Shown here: one piece after another, positions 60,321-64,000 of the stretch
Layout: the number at the start of each line of letters is the position of its first letter
How positions within the stretch are numbered: the first letter of the stretch is position 1
Assembly: GCF_009914755.1 (NCBI RefSeq)
Contig: NC_060926.1
Strand: one strand, 5' to 3'
Length of the DNA stretch: 64,000 bases
Origin: the human T2T-CHM13v2.0 reference genome, Homo sapiens
The notes under the pieces: model-generated
The model's database searches: none
What the model saw: only the letters and a program-made list of their open reading frames with translations
What the model was told of the DNA's origin: nothing
Translations under genes and position numbers: made by a program

Positions 60321-62960
60321 GATATAATTTACTACATATCACAACTATAGATATTCCCATACGGAAAATGTATATTTGCATTTTTAAATGTATGCTCGCA
60401 TTTCCTTGGTTTTGTGGTTCATATTTGGTAGTGAGGTATATCAGTCATATGGTCATATTTATGTAAACTGAAACCTAATTCATATGTTTCTAAGTTCCTG
60501 TGCCCTAAAAAAATCAACATGCACATCAGCACTGTCGGGGAACCTTTAACACCTGTAGGCGTAAGTATGGGTGAGTCATAGAGGAAGTCATTTGCTCCAG
60601 ATTATTAAACATGGAAGAAAGACCTCCTGATAACTTTATTACACATGATAACGTGTGCTAGGCTAAGAGAGAGTCATTAAACCAAAAAGCAAAGCCTTCT
60701 AATAAAGAGCTGAAGCTGAAGGGAAGGACTAAGAAATGTCTCTTTCTAAGGCCCATAGAAATAGTATAAATGTGTTGTGTGCTACCTAATCATTGAAGAA
60801 ATAAGATACATTTAAATTTTAGTTATTGATTCTATTCACGCTAACAGCATTTTGAATCCTATAAAGAGAGGACAATCCTGGGGACTTCCTTGTTTTCCCT
60901 TTTTGCCATCTTTCACCACAGCGTGTTTTTACCTCTTGTCTTACTCCATCCTATCTCAACACCAGGGGTGACTCTCATACTGCTCAGGGCTAATCACTCC
61001 ACGATGCTTTAAATCCAACTCATTTATTCATTATTCATATTGTGTCTTTTGTCCACGGTACCCTCTGAGCACTGAGAGGAATTCTAAAATGAATAAGAGT
61101 TGACCTCTCTTCTTAAAAAAAAAAAAAAACAAGCAAAACAATAGTGAAACACCAGAGCGGAGATCTTATCTGCACATCCAGATTGGGAAAGCTGGTATGT
61201 TGGGGTGCACAAACATGGGGTGTGTATTGTTATGAGGACATGTGGCCACCTGGAATAAAATAGTAAGGAGGGCTTTTGAAATGATGGTGAGACCTCAGTG
61301 TGCTGAGTATAAGACACTCGCCCAAGAAAGAGGAGTTTTTCTTAGGCTGTGACCTGATTTGACAGAAAACATATTCTGGGTTTTGGAAGAAAGAAAGAAT
61401 TTGTTCTCTGGTTATTATTATTATTTAGATATGAGATGCTTTGATGTTATGCAATTTTTCTCTGTACTACTTTTTTGCAAGAAGTGGGGCATGCTCCAAA
61501 TCCCTTGATTATGATTTATGGGCCAGGGTAAAAAAAGGAAAAAAAAAAAAAAATACCCACCTCTCCTCCTACTCCAGTTTGACCCTTCCCCTCTACCTTT
61601 GCTCCAGGTGAGAGAAGCACTAAATCACAGATAAGAGCCAGAGTAACATTTATAGCATTGCAAAGATGCCACGGTCAGCATTTGAGGCTATGAGTGTGGC
61701 AAGTCCTCCCGGACAGATAGACCTGAGATTAATAGAAACGGATCAAAGACAAGTACCCAGGAAGAATGATTCCAGGAAGATTGGAAGGGCTGCCTCAGAA
61801 AATGCATATCACTTGTAATTCTGCCATAGAAAGGGAGAATTTGAAGGCATAAGTCTCTCAGGTGTTTTTTGACTAAAGTCAATTATGACTTTAGTTTCTA
61901 CTGCCATTATTATCTATGTTCCTTAATAATTCTCCACCAGTTCTGCTGTAGCAAGGAGAAGTGAGAACCAAAATGCTAAAACAATGCAAAAAATAAGCAA
62001 AAGCTTTAATGTAAGAATAAACACTGTGTTATAGAGGCTCTTATCTTTCCATCAGTTTCAACTTCTCTCTCCTAATGGCTTCCCAACAATGTCTTGGTTA
62101 TTTCCTCTAAGAACACTAACTTTGCATAAGCATATATATTCCTAGCTAGAGTAGACTGGTTTCATGTTTGTTTTGATGGCACTGTTATGATCAGGCATCA
62201 GAAGCTTCTCCTCAGCCTTTTACTTCTTCCAGCAACAGTCCTTCTCTCTCTTTTTGCTCATGGCCAACTTTCTAAGAAAAACAACCAAATAAAAATACAT
62301 TGCTTCTTTCTCTTCTTCACCCACTCTTCATAACCTCTTACAATCTGAGTTCTTTGGATAAATATTTTTTTCAAAGATGCTTCCACTACCTTCCACTACC
62401 TTTTCTCAGATCTTCTCTTTTATAATAGTTGTCTACATCATTCACGATCTATCCCATGTTATTAAAAATTGCTGTGTTTTGGAGCATCTTCTATGTGGTT
62501 CTTTGTTGATGTACACCATTTCAAAATGCCAAAATAACCCTTTGTTATCCTACTCCCCTTTCACAGATAAATCACATTAAAAGAAATTATGCAATTTGCC
62601 AAAACTGCTGGACTTACGTTTGGAATAGAAATGTCTAATTCCAGATCTCTGACTCTCTCCACTATTCCACTGTGTCTAGACAGTGATACTGTGTAGTCCA
62701 CAGTAATTTTATTACAACTACTAGAAGAAAGAGCTCAGCCAGGTCAAAACTACGAAAAGCTTTGTATATAGCAGAACAGATGGTGAGGTTTGCCCGTTCT
62801 CCCTTGGAGAAGGGACCCATCTGTCTATCTGGCTTGACAGCCTTCAGGAGCCCCACCTGACATGGACATTCAGTAGGGATTTCCCTAGTCTGCCTGGAAA
62901 ATAAAATCTATTTGGATTGCTCCTCAGGTGCCTATGGGGAACGTGGGAAAATTCCTAGGA

Positions 62961-63245
62961 CTTTTTTTTTTTTTTTTTTTTTTTTTTGACCCAGTCTCGC
63001 TCTGTTACCCAGGCTGGATTACTGTGGCACGATCACAGTGCGGTATAACCTCTGCTCCTGGACTCAAGCAATCCTCCTGAGTAGCTGGGACAACAGGCAC
63101 ACGCCACCATCCAGTTAATATTTTTGTATTTTTTGTAGGGATGGGGTTTCACCAGGCTGATCTCTAACTCCTGGGCTCAAGCTATCTGCCTGCCTCAGCA
63201 CTCCCAAAGTGCTAGGATTTCAGGAACGAGTCACCGTGCCCGGTG
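62961..63245 (-). mobile_element. AluJ-like
   Basis: Long poly-T plus degenerate reverse Alu. Confidence 0.87.
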
Positions 63246-63958
63246 GGACATGCTTCTTAATGAACAAAGTCATATGGAGGGTCTTGTCTTGAGGAGGGAA
63301 ATGGCTCTGTCTTAGGCTTTAGTTGGGTCTCTGTTATAGCTAGCTCAGAAGAGACTGACCCTCTAGCCATATCACAATACCCCAAACCTTTGAATGATGT
63401 GTCAGCAGGGATACAGTCTCTCTTATCTACTACTACAGCAGCCTGAGGATCTACTTTCAAGGTTCTATCTCACCCTCTCCAGCCATAAGGCCCCCTCTCA
63501 AGCTGTTTCCTCTTGTGTTAACTGTCATTCAGCTAGTGCCCTACCCTGGGATACATTCCTTTCCTCTGATCTCTTCTCTTCCCTGTCTTATCTTCATACC
63601 TTCATTCTCTAAAGTGGGTGCATCTCAATGTCCTGATGGTTCTGGTTTTCTCCCACGTCTCCTCATTAAACTTCCCAGAATGAGCATGGCATATCCAAAT
63701 GTTCAACACCTCCTCCATGTGAATGGCTCCTCATCTCTCTTCTGAGAACCTGTTCTGCATTCCTCTTTAACTGCATGTTTCTGAAGCACTGCAAAAATAG
63801 GTTTTCTTGTTTGCTGCTCGGCAGCCAACACACATTCAGAATGCTGCTCAGTGTTCAATAAATGTTTGTTAAGCAAATAAATGAGTGAGTCTAAAAAAAT
63901 GATTTGAGTCTCCCCCTGTCTGTCTTCATTACCTTTTCTGATAAAATGCCCATTCCCA

Positions 63959-64000
63959 GCGGGGCACAGTGGCTCACGGCTGTAATCCCAGCACTTTGGG
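63959..64000 (+). mobile_element. 5' end of an Alu (runs off window)
   Basis: gggcacagtggctcacggctgtaatcccagcactttggg. Confidence 0.85.

Overview
Primate (very likely human) genomic DNA from inside the neurexin-1 gene (NRXN1, alpha isoform), transcribed on the minus strand. Two coding exons are present: 19111-18673 (439 nt, end of LNS2 and first half of LNS3) and 4700-4317 (384 nt, rest of LNS3 plus EGF2). Everything else is AT-rich intron containing Alu, L1, MIR, L2, MaLR-LTR and DNA-transposon relics and microsatellites. The most unusual structure is a compound insertion at about 54791-55930. It consists of a decayed ~730-bp mitochondrial COX1 fragment (NUMT), capped on one side by a 24-bp fold-back palindrome and fused on the other to an inverted ~400-bp copy of nearby nuclear sequence (53154-53552). 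The two inverted arms are almost identical (1 mismatch in 386 bp), although the NUMT carries about a dozen nuclear-type lesions. This suggests homogenisation or recurrent inversion of the arms, or a second, younger event. Several other locally templated duplications with hairpin junctions occur across the window and resemble double-strand-break repair scars. Repeat subfamily names come from recalled consensus motifs, not from a database search.
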